Below, piece after piece: positions 63,922 to 64,000 of a stretch of 64,000 nt of DNA. Origin of the DNA: Planctomycetota bacterium (lineage in GTDB: Bacteria > Planctomycetota > UBA8108 > SXIK01); contig CBDCXR010000004.1 in the NCBI GenBank assembly GCA_965223845.1, forward strand, positions 64,001 through 128,000, given 5' to 3'. Below the pieces are notes generated by a model. That model worked only from the letters and a program-made list of their open reading frames with translations, ran no database searches and was not told where the DNA came from. The position numbers and the translations under genes are program-made. Numbering within the stretch: the first letter of the stretch is position 1; each line of letters begins with the position of its first letter.

Positions 63922-64000
63922 ATGAACGAACGCGAAGCGCGGCCGCTCGAGGATCTTGAGCACTGGGAAGACTTTCTGAAGGCTCGCTACCCCGAGGGCG
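63922..64000 (+). CDS. Partial CDS, possibly inositol oxygenase family
   Basis: MNEREARPLEDLEHWEDFLKARYPEG resembles N-termini of bacterial MIOX-like proteins; only 26 codons visible. Confidence 0.4.
   Translation, partial: MNEREARPLEDLEHWEDFLKARYPEG

Overview
GC-rich bacterial DNA that looks like Planctomycetota (DUF1501 protein, dockerin-type C-terminal domains, ECF sigma paired with a Ser/Thr kinase-WD40 protein, CRTAC1/ASPIC protein). It holds two RND efflux systems, secreted hydrolases, a tandem pair of RlaP/YcgL-type nucleotidyltransferases, tRNA-Pro(TGG), an imuA-imuB-dnaE2 cassette and carbohydrate/aldehyde metabolism genes. Several features are missed or split by the ORF track. (1) A probable exported selenoprotein: two in-frame ORFs joined by a UGA in a C-T-U motif, followed by a SECIS-like hairpin (10170-11741). 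(2) A 3.4-kb integrase-less island in tRNA-Pro (45-bp att repeat, arm-type repeats at both ends) carrying a membrane protein, an array of four related Pro-rich 'GQ' micro-peptides, a frameshifted CxxC protein and an SRA-HNH nuclease. (3) A His/Cys-rich uORF ending in an RGPP arrest-type motif ahead of a heavy-metal RND pump. (4) A GAAC-N4-GTTC SOS box before imuA. (5) An internally deleted VOC/glyoxalase gene. (6) A secreted dockerin protein with a very long poly-acidic loop insertion. All family calls come from motif recognition by eye; no searches were run.
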